Origin: an uncultured delta proteobacterium
GTDB taxonomy: Bacteria; Desulfobacterota; Binatia; Binatales; Binataceae
NCBI GenBank assembly: GCA_963808235.1
Contig: CAWEEQ010000004.1
Coordinates: 3,616,001 to 3,680,000, forward strand
Reading direction: 5' to 3'
Length of the DNA: 64,000 nt
Shown here: piece after piece, positions 20,868 to 30,704 of the stretch
Position numbering within the stretch: the first letter of the stretch is position 1
How the letters are laid out: every line of letters begins with the position of its first letter
Translations under genes and position numbers: made by a program
Notes under the pieces: generated by a model
What the model was told of the DNA's origin: nothing
Databases searched by the model: none
What the model saw: the letters and a program-made list of their open reading frames with translations, nothing else

Positions 20868-21695
20868 GTGGACAACCAGGCAAAGATGCAGGTGAAGTTG
20901 ATCGACTATGCTCAGCAGCCGCTGGAGAAGCTCTACGCGGCGTTTCGCACCTGTTATTCCTCCGACACGCCGATCGAAGTCTGGGAGAAGATCCGGTCGG
21001 AGAAGATCACCCACGAAAAAATCCGCGACTTCATCACCGAGCGGCTGAAGACCGGGCACGCGTCGCCGCTGGAGCAGATCGTTTTCTGGTTCGGGATCGC
21101 AAACGTGTCGCGTTCGCTGTCGCATCAGTTCGTGCGCCATCGGATCGGAATCAGTTTCGAGCAGCAGAGTCAGCGTTACGTGAAATTCAAGCAGGACAAG
21201 CTCGCGTTCGTGCTGCCGGACTCGTGGGCGCGGGCCGGGCTCGAAGATGAATTTTCGGAACTGCTCGCGAAGACGTCGGAACTGTATGCGCGGGCGCTCA
21301 AGGCAGGGATTCCCGCCGAGGATGCGCGCTTCGTACTGCCCAACGCCGCGCCGACGAATTTTCACGTGATGGTGAATTTCGCCGAGATGCTGCACATCTG
21401 CGATCTCCGTCTGTGCCTGCGCGCGCAATGGGAAATTCGCCGGATGGTCGCGATGATGCGCGCGGAAATCCGCCGTGCGCTCCCGGAAATCGCGGTCTTC
21501 CTGCAACCAAAATGCGGCGAAAACCGGATGGGCTACTGCGACGAATCACTCGACGAATACAAAAAATGCCCGCTCAGCAAGGCGCGCCCGCATAAGTCGA
21601 GCCTGTTCGAGCTCTACGAGAAATTCGGCACCCGCAAGGCGCAGGCGCTGGGCGAGGCCGAGTACCGCGCGGTCGAGGAAGTCGAGCAACTGTAG
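20868..21695 (+). CDS. thyX: FAD-dependent thymidylate synthase
   Basis: GHASPLE, SHQFVRHRIGISFEQQSQRY, EDARFVLP, AQWEIR. Confidence 0.95.
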   Translation: MDNQAKMQVKLIDYAQQPLEKLYAAFRTCYSSDTPIEVWEKIRSEKITHEKIRDFITERLKTGHASPLEQIVFWFGIANVSRSLSHQFVRHRIGISFEQQSQRYVKFKQDKLAFVLPDSWARAGLEDEFSELLAKTSELYARALKAGIPAEDARFVLPNAAPTNFHVMVNFAEMLHICDLRLCLRAQWEIRRMVAMMRAEIRRALPEIAVFLQPKCGENRMGYCDESLDEYKKCPLSKARPHKSSLFELYEKFGTRKAQALGEAEYRAVEEVEQL

Positions 21696-21707
21696 TCTTC
21701 CGCAAAC

Positions 21708-22109
21708 GTGAGTGACGATTCCCAATCGGCGACGATCGACGACGCGATCGCCGCCTTCAACCGCAGCGAATATTTCGAAGCAGCGGAGATGTTCGAGCTT
21801 GCCGCGCGCGCGGGCGACGGCGAGTTGAAGGATCTCGCCGTCGCACTCAATCGGATTGCCGCCGCGCTTCATCTCCGTTTCGAGCGCGGCGGCCGGCAAT
21901 CGTCGATCAACCTGCTCTCCCAGGCGATGCTCTCCCTCGACGACATGAGACCCAGCCGCGGCGGCATCAACGTCGAGCGTCTATACGCTGAACTCGCCGC
22001 CTACACCGAAGAGATGCGCGCGAGTCCACGCGCCGAGCGTGACGGCCTGAAGCATCGCGCGCGGATGTTCCTCGAACGGCGGCGGGCCCCAAAAATCAAC
22101 CTGCGATAA
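21708..22109 (+). CDS. Helical hypothetical protein, DUF309-like
   Basis: FNRSEYFEAAEMFE resembles the DUF309 FN..YFEAHE motif but lacks the His. Confidence 0.6.
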   Translation: MSDDSQSATIDDAIAAFNRSEYFEAAEMFELAARAGDGELKDLAVALNRIAAALHLRFERGGRQSSINLLSQAMLSLDDMRPSRGGINVERLYAELAAYTEEMRASPRAERDGLKHRARMFLERRRAPKINLR

Positions 22110-22144
22110 GCAGGAATCGTGCGCATGCCGTGTGTATCCAGGCA

Positions 22145-22173
22145 TTGCCGAGTGCGTAAAAAGTGTGTATTGT
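22145..22173 (+). promoter_or_regulatory. Sigma70 promoter of hicAB with overlapping GTGTGTAT-like repeats
   Basis: TTGCCG-N17-TATTGT with upstream TG. Confidence 0.55.
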
Positions 22174-22187
22174 GATGAAGGCCGGCG

Positions 22188-22376
22188 ATGAATAGCCGGG
22201 ACGTGATTAAGGAACTGAAGAAGGATGGCTGGTACGAGGTCCATCAGGTCGGCAGCCACAAACAGTTTAAGCACCCCACTAAAAAAGGCCGTGTTACGGT
22301 ACCATACCCGAGCAGGGATATACCGCTCGGAACTCTCAAGAGCATCGAAAAACAAGCCGGGTTCAAACTGAGCTGA
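22188..22376 (+). CDS. hicA: HicA toxin
   Basis: DGW..GSHKQFKHP..GRVTVP..GTLKSIEKQAG. Confidence 0.93.
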   Translation: MNSRDVIKELKKDGWYEVHQVGSHKQFKHPTKKGRVTVPYPSRDIPLGTLKSIEKQAGFKLS

Positions 22377-22399
22377 TGCGGCCCGCAAAGGACCGAGAC

Positions 22400-22852
22400 A
22401 TGGACTACATTGCGTATCTACATAAGGATCAGGATTCGGATTTCGGCGTCAGCTTCCCGGACTTTCCAGGTTGCGTAAGCGCCGGCAAGACGCTCGAGCA
22501 AGCGCGCCGGATGGCGGCTGAAGCTCTGGCGATGCATATCGCGGGCATCATCGAAGATGGTGAAGTCGTGCCAGCGCCTTCAAACCTGGACGACTTGAAA
22601 AACGATCCGAACATGAAGGATGCCGTGGCAGTTCTGATCAGCGTCGAACCGCCAGCGGAAAAAACCGTGCGTATCAATATCACCGCGCGCGAAAGCCAGC
22701 TCGAAGCTATCGACCATCTGGCTAACAAGGCCGGTCTGACGCGTTCCGCCTTTATGGTGCAGTCCTCTCTGAACCGCTTCGGACCGAATGGATCGAAGAC
22801 GCGCCGCCGCGCAGTCTCAAGACGATCGCCCCCGGCCAGGGCGAGAAAGTAG
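22400..22852 (+). CDS. hicB: HicB antitoxin with RHH domain
   Basis: FGVSFPDFPGCVSAG, AAEAL, VRINIT, TRSAF. Confidence 0.93.
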   Translation: MDYIAYLHKDQDSDFGVSFPDFPGCVSAGKTLEQARRMAAEALAMHIAGIIEDGEVVPAPSNLDDLKNDPNMKDAVAVLISVEPPAEKTVRINITARESQLEAIDHLANKAGLTRSAFMVQSSLNRFGPNGSKTRRRAVSRRSPPARARK

Positions 22853-23725
22853 ATGCCCCTCACACAGGAACAGATCTCCGACGGCCTCAAGCGCGCGCGC
22901 TACATCACCAACGAGCGCGTCCAGACGGCGATCTTTCTTGCGCTGGCGCTTGAGAAGCCGCTCTTGATCGAGGGTCCCGCGGGCTCGGGCAAAACCGAGG
23001 TCGCGAAAGTGCTCGCCGAAATCCTGCACACCGATCTGATCCGTCTCCAATGTTACGAGGGCCTAGACGAGGCGCGCGCGCTCTACGAATGGAACTATCA
23101 GAAACAATTGTTGCGGATGCAGGCCGACGAGCAGCAGGGGCTCCGCTGGGAAGAATTGAGCGAGCATATCTTTTCGCGCGACTACCTGCTCGAGCGCCCG
23201 CTGCTGAAGGCGATAACCGCGCCGCGCCGAATCGTGTTGCTGATCGACGAGATCGACAAGGCCGACGAAGAGTTCGAGGCTTTTCTGCTCGAATTGCTTT
23301 CGGACTTCCAGATTAGCGTGCCCGAGCTCGGAACCTTGAAAGCCCGCGAGCGGCCGGCTGTGATCCTGACGTCGAATCGCGCGCGCGAACTGTCGGAGGC
23401 GCTGCGTCGCCGATGCCTGCATTTGTTCATCGACTTTCCCGGTATCGAGCAGGAACGAAAAATAATCGAGCTCAAGGTGCCCGAACTGGACGCCAAGCTC
23501 GCGGCCGAAGCGGCGCGCTTTGTCGGCGCGATTAGAAAACTCGGACTACGCAAGCCGCCTTCGATCGCCGAGACGCTCGACTGGGCGCGGGCGCTGATGC
23601 GGCTCGGTGTGCGCGAACTCGACACCGACGCGGTTCGCGCCGCACTCGGCGTATTGCTCAAGCACGAGGACGATCGCGCCAAGGTCGAGTCGAAAGCCTC
23701 GACGCTGGCGCCGCGCGCGCGTTGA
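22853..23725 (+). CDS. MoxR-family AAA+ ATPase (CoxD-like)
   Basis: EGPAGSGKTE, LQCYEGLD, LIDEIDKADEEFEA, ALRRRC. Confidence 0.93.
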   Translation: MPLTQEQISDGLKRARYITNERVQTAIFLALALEKPLLIEGPAGSGKTEVAKVLAEILHTDLIRLQCYEGLDEARALYEWNYQKQLLRMQADEQQGLRWEELSEHIFSRDYLLERPLLKAITAPRRIVLLIDEIDKADEEFEAFLLELLSDFQISVPELGTLKARERPAVILTSNRARELSEALRRRCLHLFIDFPGIEQERKIIELKVPELDAKLAAEAARFVGAIRKLGLRKPPSIAETLDWARALMRLGVRELDTDAVRAALGVLLKHEDDRAKVESKASTLAPRAR

Positions 23726-23757
23726 GTCACGATCAGATGAATCTTGCCGGTAATTAG

Positions 23758-25029
23758 ATGGCTGCGCTTCGCGAGCAGCTGGTTAGTTTCATCGCCGGGC
23801 TGCGCTCGGCCGGGGTCAGAGTCTCGGTCGCGGAATCGATCGACGCGATGAACGCGGTCGCGGCGGCCGGAATCGAGCGGGTCCGCATGCGCGAGGCGCT
23901 CGCGGCGGCGTTGATCAAGGACGAAGCCGACCGCGGTATTTTTGACGAATCGTTCAGCCACTTTTTCGGCGCGCCAGCACGCGAGCGCGGCGAGCATCCG
24001 GACAATCGAGGCGCTCAGGTCTCGGCTGCGAGCGGTCGCGGCCGCCCCGGCGAAAATCCGACGACGCGCGACGACCCACCGCCGCGGAAATCCGAGCAGC
24101 CGCGCGACGGTGCCGCCTCGGATCCCAAGGATTCTCAGGCGCAGTCGGTAAAGAAAATTCCGTCGGCAGGTCGCAAGGAGCCAGCACCGAATTCAGAACA
24201 GGTCGAGGGCGCAAAGCAAGCCGGCGCCGAGCGAGAGCGCGATCATCACGAGCGTGGCGAAGCGGAACCCCGCGCGGAGTCGGAAGCTTCTCGAATCGAG
24301 GCGGCGCGGATTGCGCGAGTCCATGCAATCGGGCGGATGCCGTTCGAGAAGTTTTCCGACCTCGACTACGATGAAGCGCGCGAAGCTCTCGCGCCGCTTG
24401 TCCGGCGCTTCCGAATTCGACTGGGCAGGCGGCTGGCGCTGGCGCGGAGCGGCAGAATCGATTTTCGGCGTACGATCCGCGCGGGCCTGCAACGCGGCGG
24501 CGTGTTTGTCGATCTCAACTTCCGTGCGCGCCGGCCGCGCCATGTCGATCTCGTGATCCTTGCCGACGTCTCGGGATCGGTCCGCTATGCCGCGCAGCTC
24601 ATGCTCGAATTAGTCGCCGGCGCGTCGGGATGCTTTCGCCGGGTCAGCAGCTTCGTTTTCGTGGATCATCTGGCCGAAGCCTCCTTCGAGGAGCGCCATC
24701 TGGTCATGATGCCGGCGCTCGACTTGTACGCGCGCTCAGACTTCGGCCGCGTGCTCGGCGAGCTATGGGCGCGGCGATCGGGATTGCTCACGCGTGCGAC
24801 CATCGTGGTGATCATGGGCGACGGGCGTAACAATCGTCTTCCGGCGCGCGCCGACCTGGTCCGCGAAATTGCGCGAACCTGCCGCGCCGTGGTTTGGCTC
24901 AACCCGGAAGATCCGGAGCGATGGGGCACCGGCGACAGCGCGATCAAACAGTACGCACGGGAAGTGAACGCGCTGGTACCGTCGCGCAATCTACGCGAGC
25001 TTCAGGCGGCGCTGGTGAGAATCGCGTGA
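23758..25029 (+). CDS. VWA-domain CoxE-like protein
   Basis: IDFRRTIR, MIDAS DVSGS, GDGRNN, WLNPE, WGTGDS. Confidence 0.9.
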   Translation: MAALREQLVSFIAGLRSAGVRVSVAESIDAMNAVAAAGIERVRMREALAAALIKDEADRGIFDESFSHFFGAPARERGEHPDNRGAQVSAASGRGRPGENPTTRDDPPPRKSEQPRDGAASDPKDSQAQSVKKIPSAGRKEPAPNSEQVEGAKQAGAERERDHHERGEAEPRAESEASRIEAARIARVHAIGRMPFEKFSDLDYDEAREALAPLVRRFRIRLGRRLALARSGRIDFRRTIRAGLQRGGVFVDLNFRARRPRHVDLVILADVSGSVRYAAQLMLELVAGASGCFRRVSSFVFVDHLAEASFEERHLVMMPALDLYARSDFGRVLGELWARRSGLLTRATIVVIMGDGRNNRLPARADLVREIARTCRAVVWLNPEDPERWGTGDSAIKQYAREVNALVPSRNLRELQAALVRIA

Positions 25030-25044
25030 GTGGCGCTCAGAATC

Positions 25045-26559
25045 CTAAATTTCCTCGATGTCGAATAGCTCGCGCATTTTCGCAAGCAGCCATCGATGCG
25101 GACCGCCTTTGCCGTTGAACGAATCGCCGGCCGACATCTTTGCGAGTCGATCCTCGTTGCGCGCGGCGATGATATCGCCGATTGCGGAGGCTGCGGCGGG
25201 ATGCTCCTTGAACAGACGCGTAAAGCCCTCGCGATCCATCTCGATGACTTCGACGTCGCTTATCGCGCGTACGCTCAAGGTGCGCGGTTCGCCGGTCATC
25301 AGCGCCATCTCGCCGGTGAAGTCTCCGCGCACGTAGTTGGCGATATGGCGGTTTTGGCCGTCAGCGGTGTGCCCGAAGAGTTCGGCGGTTCCGCTGCGGA
25401 AGATGAACATCGAATCGCCTTGTTCGCCCTGGCGGATCAGCAACTCGCCGGCGCCGAACTGGCGGACGGCGACACTGGGGACCAGCACCCGAAGCTCCTC
25501 GTCATTGAGGCCGCGCAGCCAATCAACCTGGCGCAAGTCGCCCATCAGCTCGCGCTCGAACGCGACATCTGCACGTGCTTCTTCGTCGCGGCCCGCGTCG
25601 CGCACATGAACCGTGCGAGTCGGAAATGGAATCTCGATTGAATGGCGTCTGAGCGCGTACCACAGGCTTGACGCGACCCGATCGCGCACGTACTCGACCA
25701 CGCCGTAGTCCGAGAGCCAATACCTGATCCGATATTGAATCGAGAAATCGCCGTAATCCCACGCGAAAACTTCCGGCGAGGGAGTGTGCAATATCTGCGG
25801 CACGTCGCGCAGAAGGGTGAGCACGACCTCGCGCACGTGATTGGGCGGCACACCGTAGCTGAGTCCGATCACGATCTCCTCGCGCACGGCGCCGGTCGCG
25901 TAGTTGAACAGCACGTCCTTCGCGATCACGGAGTTGGGTATCTCGAGCCGCTCGTTGGCGCGAGTCACTATCGTCGTTGCGCGCCATGCGATTCCCTTGA
26001 CCTGGCCGACGTGCTGTCCGCTCCGGATCCAGTCGCCGGGCTCGAACGGATGACCCATCGAGAGCGAAAGCCCGCTGAAGACGTTGCCCAGCGTCTCCTG
26101 CAAAGCGAAGCCGAGTACCGCGGCGGCCACAGTGGTAGTGGTGAGGATCGAGACCGGAGACACGCCAAAATCCGTGTACAGCACAGCCATCAGCACCGCG
26201 AACCAGAGCCCGAGCATCAACAGCTCTTTGCCGATGGTGGAGAAATGAACCTTGCCGCGGCGCGCTAACGCATCGACAAACTCGAGCACGAACCGGATCA
26301 CGCCGAACAGAAAAAGCACGAACGCCGCGACCGCGACCTTATCGCCGATCGCGGAATTGGGAAGAAAGCGCGAACCCGAGTCAATCAGCACGCTGCCCGC
26401 GAGCAGGAGGAAGGTGGTGGAGGTTACCGGGCGCTTGCGCCGGCGCACCGCGAATGCGCCGAGCAGAGCGGCGATCACCAGTATGGTTTCGGTAAAATCG
26501 CGGAGCTCGCGATGCAGCCCGTTCAATCCGAGCACGTTTTGAAGCGGGGTCGGCGCCAT
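25045..26559 (-). CDS. MscS-family channel with C-terminal cyclic-nucleotide-binding domain
   Basis: GFALQETLGNVFSG, IPNS, IEIPFP; cNMP domain GEMALMTGEPRTLSVRA. Confidence 0.92.
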   Translation of the reverse strand: MAPTPLQNVLGLNGLHRELRDFTETILVIAALLGAFAVRRRKRPVTSTTFLLLAGSVLIDSGSRFLPNSAIGDKVAVAAFVLFLFGVIRFVLEFVDALARRGKVHFSTIGKELLMLGLWFAVLMAVLYTDFGVSPVSILTTTTVAAAVLGFALQETLGNVFSGLSLSMGHPFEPGDWIRSGQHVGQVKGIAWRATTIVTRANERLEIPNSVIAKDVLFNYATGAVREEIVIGLSYGVPPNHVREVVLTLLRDVPQILHTPSPEVFAWDYGDFSIQYRIRYWLSDYGVVEYVRDRVASSLWYALRRHSIEIPFPTRTVHVRDAGRDEEARADVAFERELMGDLRQVDWLRGLNDEELRVLVPSVAVRQFGAGELLIRQGEQGDSMFIFRSGTAELFGHTADGQNRHIANYVRGDFTGEMALMTGEPRTLSVRAISDVEVIEMDREGFTRLFKEHPAAASAIGDIIAARNEDRLAKMSAGDSFNGKGGPHRWLLAKMRELFDIEEI

Positions 26560-26562
26560 CTC

Positions 26563-27792
26563 TTAGATTCCTGCGGCCTCCGCGATTTCGTCAAGCAGCT
26601 TCGCTGCGTCGAAATACTCGACCGCTATCTCGCGTGCCGCCCGCGCGTGGCGCGGATAGTCGGCGTTGATTGCGCGAATTGCATCTACCGCCTGGTCCGG
26701 CGTATCGAAGCCGAGCAATCCTTCGCCGGTGGGAATAAACTTTTCGAAACCGGTCCGCTGCGTGACGACCGGACGCCCGGCTGCCAAATAGCACACGGTG
26801 CGATCGCTGAACCATCCCGTACGCGGCCGCACGTAGATATCTTTGGCCACGGTGAATTCACCGCGCGATCGGCTGACGTAGTCGCGGTAGTCATCAACGT
26901 CGAGCGACATAGGAACCGCCGGGGTGATGCTGAAGCCGCCGGCAACTGCGCGGTCATAATCGGGTCCGGAAGTCAGGTTGGTCGCGAGCTCGATCGGTTG
27001 TCCCGCGCGAGCAGCCACCTCGAGCGCGTCGCGGAAATTCACGTGCTTGGACCAGTAGTAGGTCTTGCCCGCGATTTCCATGTCGCTGCCGTTATTCTGC
27101 CAGGTACCGACAGTAGTGAACGAACGCGGCTCGACGGGCCCGACGCCCGGATGCCACTCCTCGAGGTTCACCGGCGGCCGCGTAGGATGCCAGTCGAGGT
27201 CGGCCGCGGGAAGCAGGCAATCGGGCGCTCCGATATTGTAGCAGTAAGTAAAAAACAGCTTGTGAGATTTCGCAAACTCCAGCGCGGTGGGAATCTTGCG
27301 CGAAACTTCGAGCTGCAGTACGCCCGGATCGGTCTCGAGGTAAATGAGGCATCGGTTCTGCTCATGCTCGGCACGCGGCTCAGTCGCGCCGCAAAGATTC
27401 ACGATCGCGTCGGCATCGCGAAACAGTTCCATGCATCGCTCGCGCGACATGCCGACGTACTCCTCGCGCACCGAATCGAGGAACGCCCAGCGCCCGCCGA
27501 AGCCGTAGCGATCGAGCACGCCGCCCAGCACTTTCAGATTGCGCGAAGGATCGCTCGTGGTGCTTTCGATAGTCGGATCGTAGACGTGGGCGCGGTGATC
27601 CTCGACGTAGTAAACGTCCAGGCCGAGCTGTCTGAACCCGACGAGATGGTGAATCAATTGCCAGATCACTCCAGCAAAGGGGTATCGTGCCGCCAGATGC
27701 AGTACGACGATTTTGCCCTTGCGCTTGCCCTTCACCTTTTGCGCGACGATCTTAGCGCGCGCTCCGGCAACATTATAGGTGGCCGCGGCCAC
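26563..27792 (-). CDS. Hypothetical glycosyltransferase-like (GT-B) protein
   Basis: GFRQLGLDVYYVED N-terminus; WFSDRTVCYLAAGRPVVTQRTGF C-terminal GT-B-like motif. Confidence 0.65.
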   Translation of the reverse strand: MAAATYNVAGARAKIVAQKVKGKRKGKIVVLHLAARYPFAGVIWQLIHHLVGFRQLGLDVYYVEDHRAHVYDPTIESTTSDPSRNLKVLGGVLDRYGFGGRWAFLDSVREEYVGMSRERCMELFRDADAIVNLCGATEPRAEHEQNRCLIYLETDPGVLQLEVSRKIPTALEFAKSHKLFFTYCYNIGAPDCLLPAADLDWHPTRPPVNLEEWHPGVGPVEPRSFTTVGTWQNNGSDMEIAGKTYYWSKHVNFRDALEVAARAGQPIELATNLTSGPDYDRAVAGGFSITPAVPMSLDVDDYRDYVSRSRGEFTVAKDIYVRPRTGWFSDRTVCYLAAGRPVVTQRTGFEKFIPTGEGLLGFDTPDQAVDAIRAINADYPRHARAAREIAVEYFDAAKLLDEIAEAAGI

Positions 27793-28411
27793 CGGCGGCT
27801 ATCCGCGCCAGGTCGTCATGCAGCTTCGTTAGCGCCACTCGCCGCTGGCTGATTTTCGCCTCTTCCTCGTCGCCGAGTTCGCCCACAAAGCGATTGCGTT
27901 CGGGCATAAAAAGGACCGCGCGGTATGGAAATCCCGCCCGGATTTGCGGATGGGCACGCTCGGCGATCACACCTTCGATCGTAGCCTCGGCGATACGCTC
28001 GCGGACTTGGCCGCCGGCGTCGTCGTAAATCAATGCGGTCGCGGCGCGAAGCCTCGCGCTACGCCGCCCTGCCGGAACGTCCTTCATCCGGCGGATCACC
28101 TCGTCGACCAGGGCCTGATCGGAATCGTCGCCGCCTGAGTTGAGCCATCGATGCGATCTGACGCCGGGCTCGCCGCCCAGCGCGTCGATCTCGAGTCCGC
28201 CGTCGTCAGCGAGCGTCGCAGTGCCCGCGCGCTCAAAATAAAAACGCGCTTTGATAAGCGCGTTCTCCGCGAAGGTCGCGCCCGATTCCTCCGGCGCGTC
28301 GGTTATTCCAATCTCGGCGAGCGAGACAAGTTCCAGCGCGAGATCGCGCAGCAGCAAACGATACTCGGAGAGTTTCGCCGGATTGGTCGTCGCGATAAGG
28401 AGGCGCTTCAT
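27773..28411 (-). CDS. HAM1/RdgB non-canonical purine NTP pyrophosphatase (variant motifs)
   Basis: IATTNPAK, EESGATFAENALIKA, ADDGGLEIDALGGEPGVRS. Confidence 0.88.
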   Translation of the reverse strand: MKRLLIATTNPAKLSEYRLLLRDLALELVSLAEIGITDAPEESGATFAENALIKARFYFERAGTATLADDGGLEIDALGGEPGVRSHRWLNSGGDDSDQALVDEVIRRMKDVPAGRRSARLRAATALIYDDAGGQVRERIAEATIEGVIAERAHPQIRAGFPYRAVLFMPERNRFVGELGDEEEAKISQRRVALTKLHDDLARIAAGGRGHL

Positions 28412-28458
28412 TGCTTCCGCCTGAATTTGGCGTGGATTGATGCGCCCGTCATGCCGGC

Positions 28459-29172
28459 TCAGAATTTCTCTTTGAAGGGACGTACTTCGAGTTCCATAGT
28501 CCACGCACTCGGATCCTGATGCGCGAGATGCCAGTACGTCTCTGCGATCGCCTCAGGCTTGAGAAAGTCGGCGTCCTTCAGACTGGGCTTTAGTCCACGC
28601 GCTCCGGGGATGTCGATGCTGCCATCCACGTTGATCCACGCCACGTGGATACCTTTCGGACCAAGATCGCGCGCAAGTGATTGCGCCAAGCCGCGCATCG
28701 CGAACTTCGCGGGCCCAAATGACACTGACTTCGGCCCAGCCTTCACGCCGGCGGTCGCCCCGGTGAAGAGCATCGTGCCGCGACCGCGAGCAATCATCCC
28801 GGGCGCGACCTCTTTCGCCACGACAAACGCACCGAACGCGTTGACCCGCCAGTCCGCTTCGTACTGCTCGGGCGTAACCTCGGTGATAGATCCGAAGGTG
28901 CCGGTGCCGGCGTTGTAGAGAAGCACTTCAGGCTCGCCGAGCTCTTTGCGAATGGCGCGAAACGCTTCGGCGATCTGCGCCCGATCGCTGATATCGCAAG
29001 TGAGATCCAGCACAGTAGATCCGCTGCTCCGGATCTCGCCGGCAAGTGCTTTCAGATAGTTCGCATTACGCGCGAGCATCGCGACCGGGTAGGCCGCGGC
29101 GAAGCGGCGGACGAGCGCCGCGCCGAGCCCAGGACCAACTCCAATAACGACCGCAACAGGCTGGTTCGACAT
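28459..29172 (-). CDS. SDR oxidoreductase
   Basis: GVGPGLG, YNAG, FTGATAG, AKFAMRGLAQSLAR, GIHVAW. Confidence 0.92.
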   Translation of the reverse strand: MSNQPVAVVIGVGPGLGAALVRRFAAAYPVAMLARNANYLKALAGEIRSSGSTVLDLTCDISDRAQIAEAFRAIRKELGEPEVLLYNAGTGTFGSITEVTPEQYEADWRVNAFGAFVVAKEVAPGMIARGRGTMLFTGATAGVKAGPKSVSFGPAKFAMRGLAQSLARDLGPKGIHVAWINVDGSIDIPGARGLKPSLKDADFLKPEAIAETYWHLAHQDPSAWTMELEVRPFKEKF

Positions 29173-29478
29173 ATTTTGCCTTCCTGCAAAAGTCTCGCAA
29201 CGATTATCTCATACTCGGCTGGACTGGTCGCGTCGATTTCAACCTGATGCACATCGACGCCCGCTTCATCCTGCGCTTTCAGGCGCTCGAGCGCTCCGCC
29301 CCTTTCCGTCTTCCTCACGAAGCAAGCAGCATGTAGACCTTCACACAGCGACACGTTTATTTTCATCATCCTGACGCAGCGAACGACGCGAGCGGAAGGA
29401 ACTGGCTTCTGGCCTCCGGACGGTGGCGCGCACGCGCCGCCGGTACCGGTTCTGAAATCGCGAAGCGGCCCGTTGCTG

Positions 29479-30687
29479 CTAGAGCAGTTTTTCGACCGCC
29501 TCTCGAAGCGAGCGGTCTGACCAATCGACGCCGCCGGCGCAGTCCCAGATTATCTTGCCCTTCCGATCGATAATGAAATTCGCCGGTATGCCTCGGACAT
29601 CGTAGGAGCCGCTCACACGATTGTCGGCATCGAGTAAAACTGGAAACTCGTAGTCGTTCTTTCGAACAAAAGGAAGCACAGAATCGGAGGGCTGATCGAT
29701 GTTGATCGTCAGCACCATAAAATCGTTACGGCTTTTGAGATTTTTGTAGAGGTTTTGTAACTTTGGCAACTCTCCGCGACAGGCGCCGCACCAGGTGGCC
29801 CAGAAGGTCAGCAGGACGACCTTTCCGCGCATCGCCGAGAGAGAAACCGGCGCGCCGCCCAAGTCGGCCAGATCAAACTCGCCGGCCGGCTCGCCCGCGT
29901 GCGTCGCACTTCCCGGGAACATACGCATCAGCGAAAGCGCCCCGGCCAATTCATCATTTCCATTTCTACTGTCCGCCCGCTCGGGCGCCCGCTTCGACGG
30001 TAGCTCAGCCGTGGGCGATGCCACCCCACTGGCGCGCGACGTCTCAGGCCTAGGTCGTGGCAACGCCGTTCTGATCTCTCCTCGTTTCGCGATCGCGATG
30101 GGAAGCGCTACAGGAGCCGCGCTGCGCTCCACCGATCCCGTGCGAGGCAACGGATGAATCTGTGATGGCGGCAAGGGAACCGCCTCTGCAAGAATCAATC
30201 GGTTCTGCTCATGATACAGCAAGTAAGCGAGGTACTGAGCAGAGCCGAATCCGATCACGAGCATCAGCAGGGCGAGTTCGAATGCCGCGCGGCTCGGGAG
30301 AATCTTTCGTCGTGCTTGCGGCTCGGGAACCGCATCAGCCGCGTTCCCAATCACCGCCGGATTTGCCAAAACGAAACGCGCACCTCCGAACAACAGTTCA
30401 TCGCCGAATTTGACTGCTCTTCGGTTATAGACTCGGCGCCCATTTACGAATGTGCCGTTGGTAGAAACCAGATCGCTCAATTCGAAGTGACCGTCTTTCT
30501 GCACCAGCATCGCGTGATGCTGTGAAACCGTTGGCTCACCGACTACGAAGTCATTGTCTTGGCCGCTGCCAATCGAAACGGTTGATTTAAGAACGCGCAA
30601 TTCCAGCGGCTCACCCGGTCGCGGCTTGATAACCATCAGCCGCGCGGTCGCCACTTCTGGCTGTTTCGATTTGCGTTTTCCGAACAT
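29479..30687 (-). CDS. FHA domain - TM - TlpA/ResA-like thioredoxin fusion
   Basis: FHA IGS..VSQHHA..STNGTFVNG; single TM; FWATWCGACRGELP, YDVRGIPANFIID. Confidence 0.85.
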   Translation of the reverse strand: MFGKRKSKQPEVATARLMVIKPRPGEPLELRVLKSTVSIGSGQDNDFVVGEPTVSQHHAMLVQKDGHFELSDLVSTNGTFVNGRRVYNRRAVKFGDELLFGGARFVLANPAVIGNAADAVPEPQARRKILPSRAAFELALLMLVIGFGSAQYLAYLLYHEQNRLILAEAVPLPPSQIHPLPRTGSVERSAAPVALPIAIAKRGEIRTALPRPRPETSRASGVASPTAELPSKRAPERADSRNGNDELAGALSLMRMFPGSATHAGEPAGEFDLADLGGAPVSLSAMRGKVVLLTFWATWCGACRGELPKLQNLYKNLKSRNDFMVLTINIDQPSDSVLPFVRKNDYEFPVLLDADNRVSGSYDVRGIPANFIIDRKGKIIWDCAGGVDWSDRSLREAVEKLL

Positions 30688-30704
30688 CGGTGAAGTGGCG
30701 GTCT

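Noticed and set aside
29052-29369. 105-aa minus-strand ORF upstream of the SDR
   Set aside because: It overlaps the SDR by 121 nt, has no recognisable motif, and begins beside a REP-like remnant
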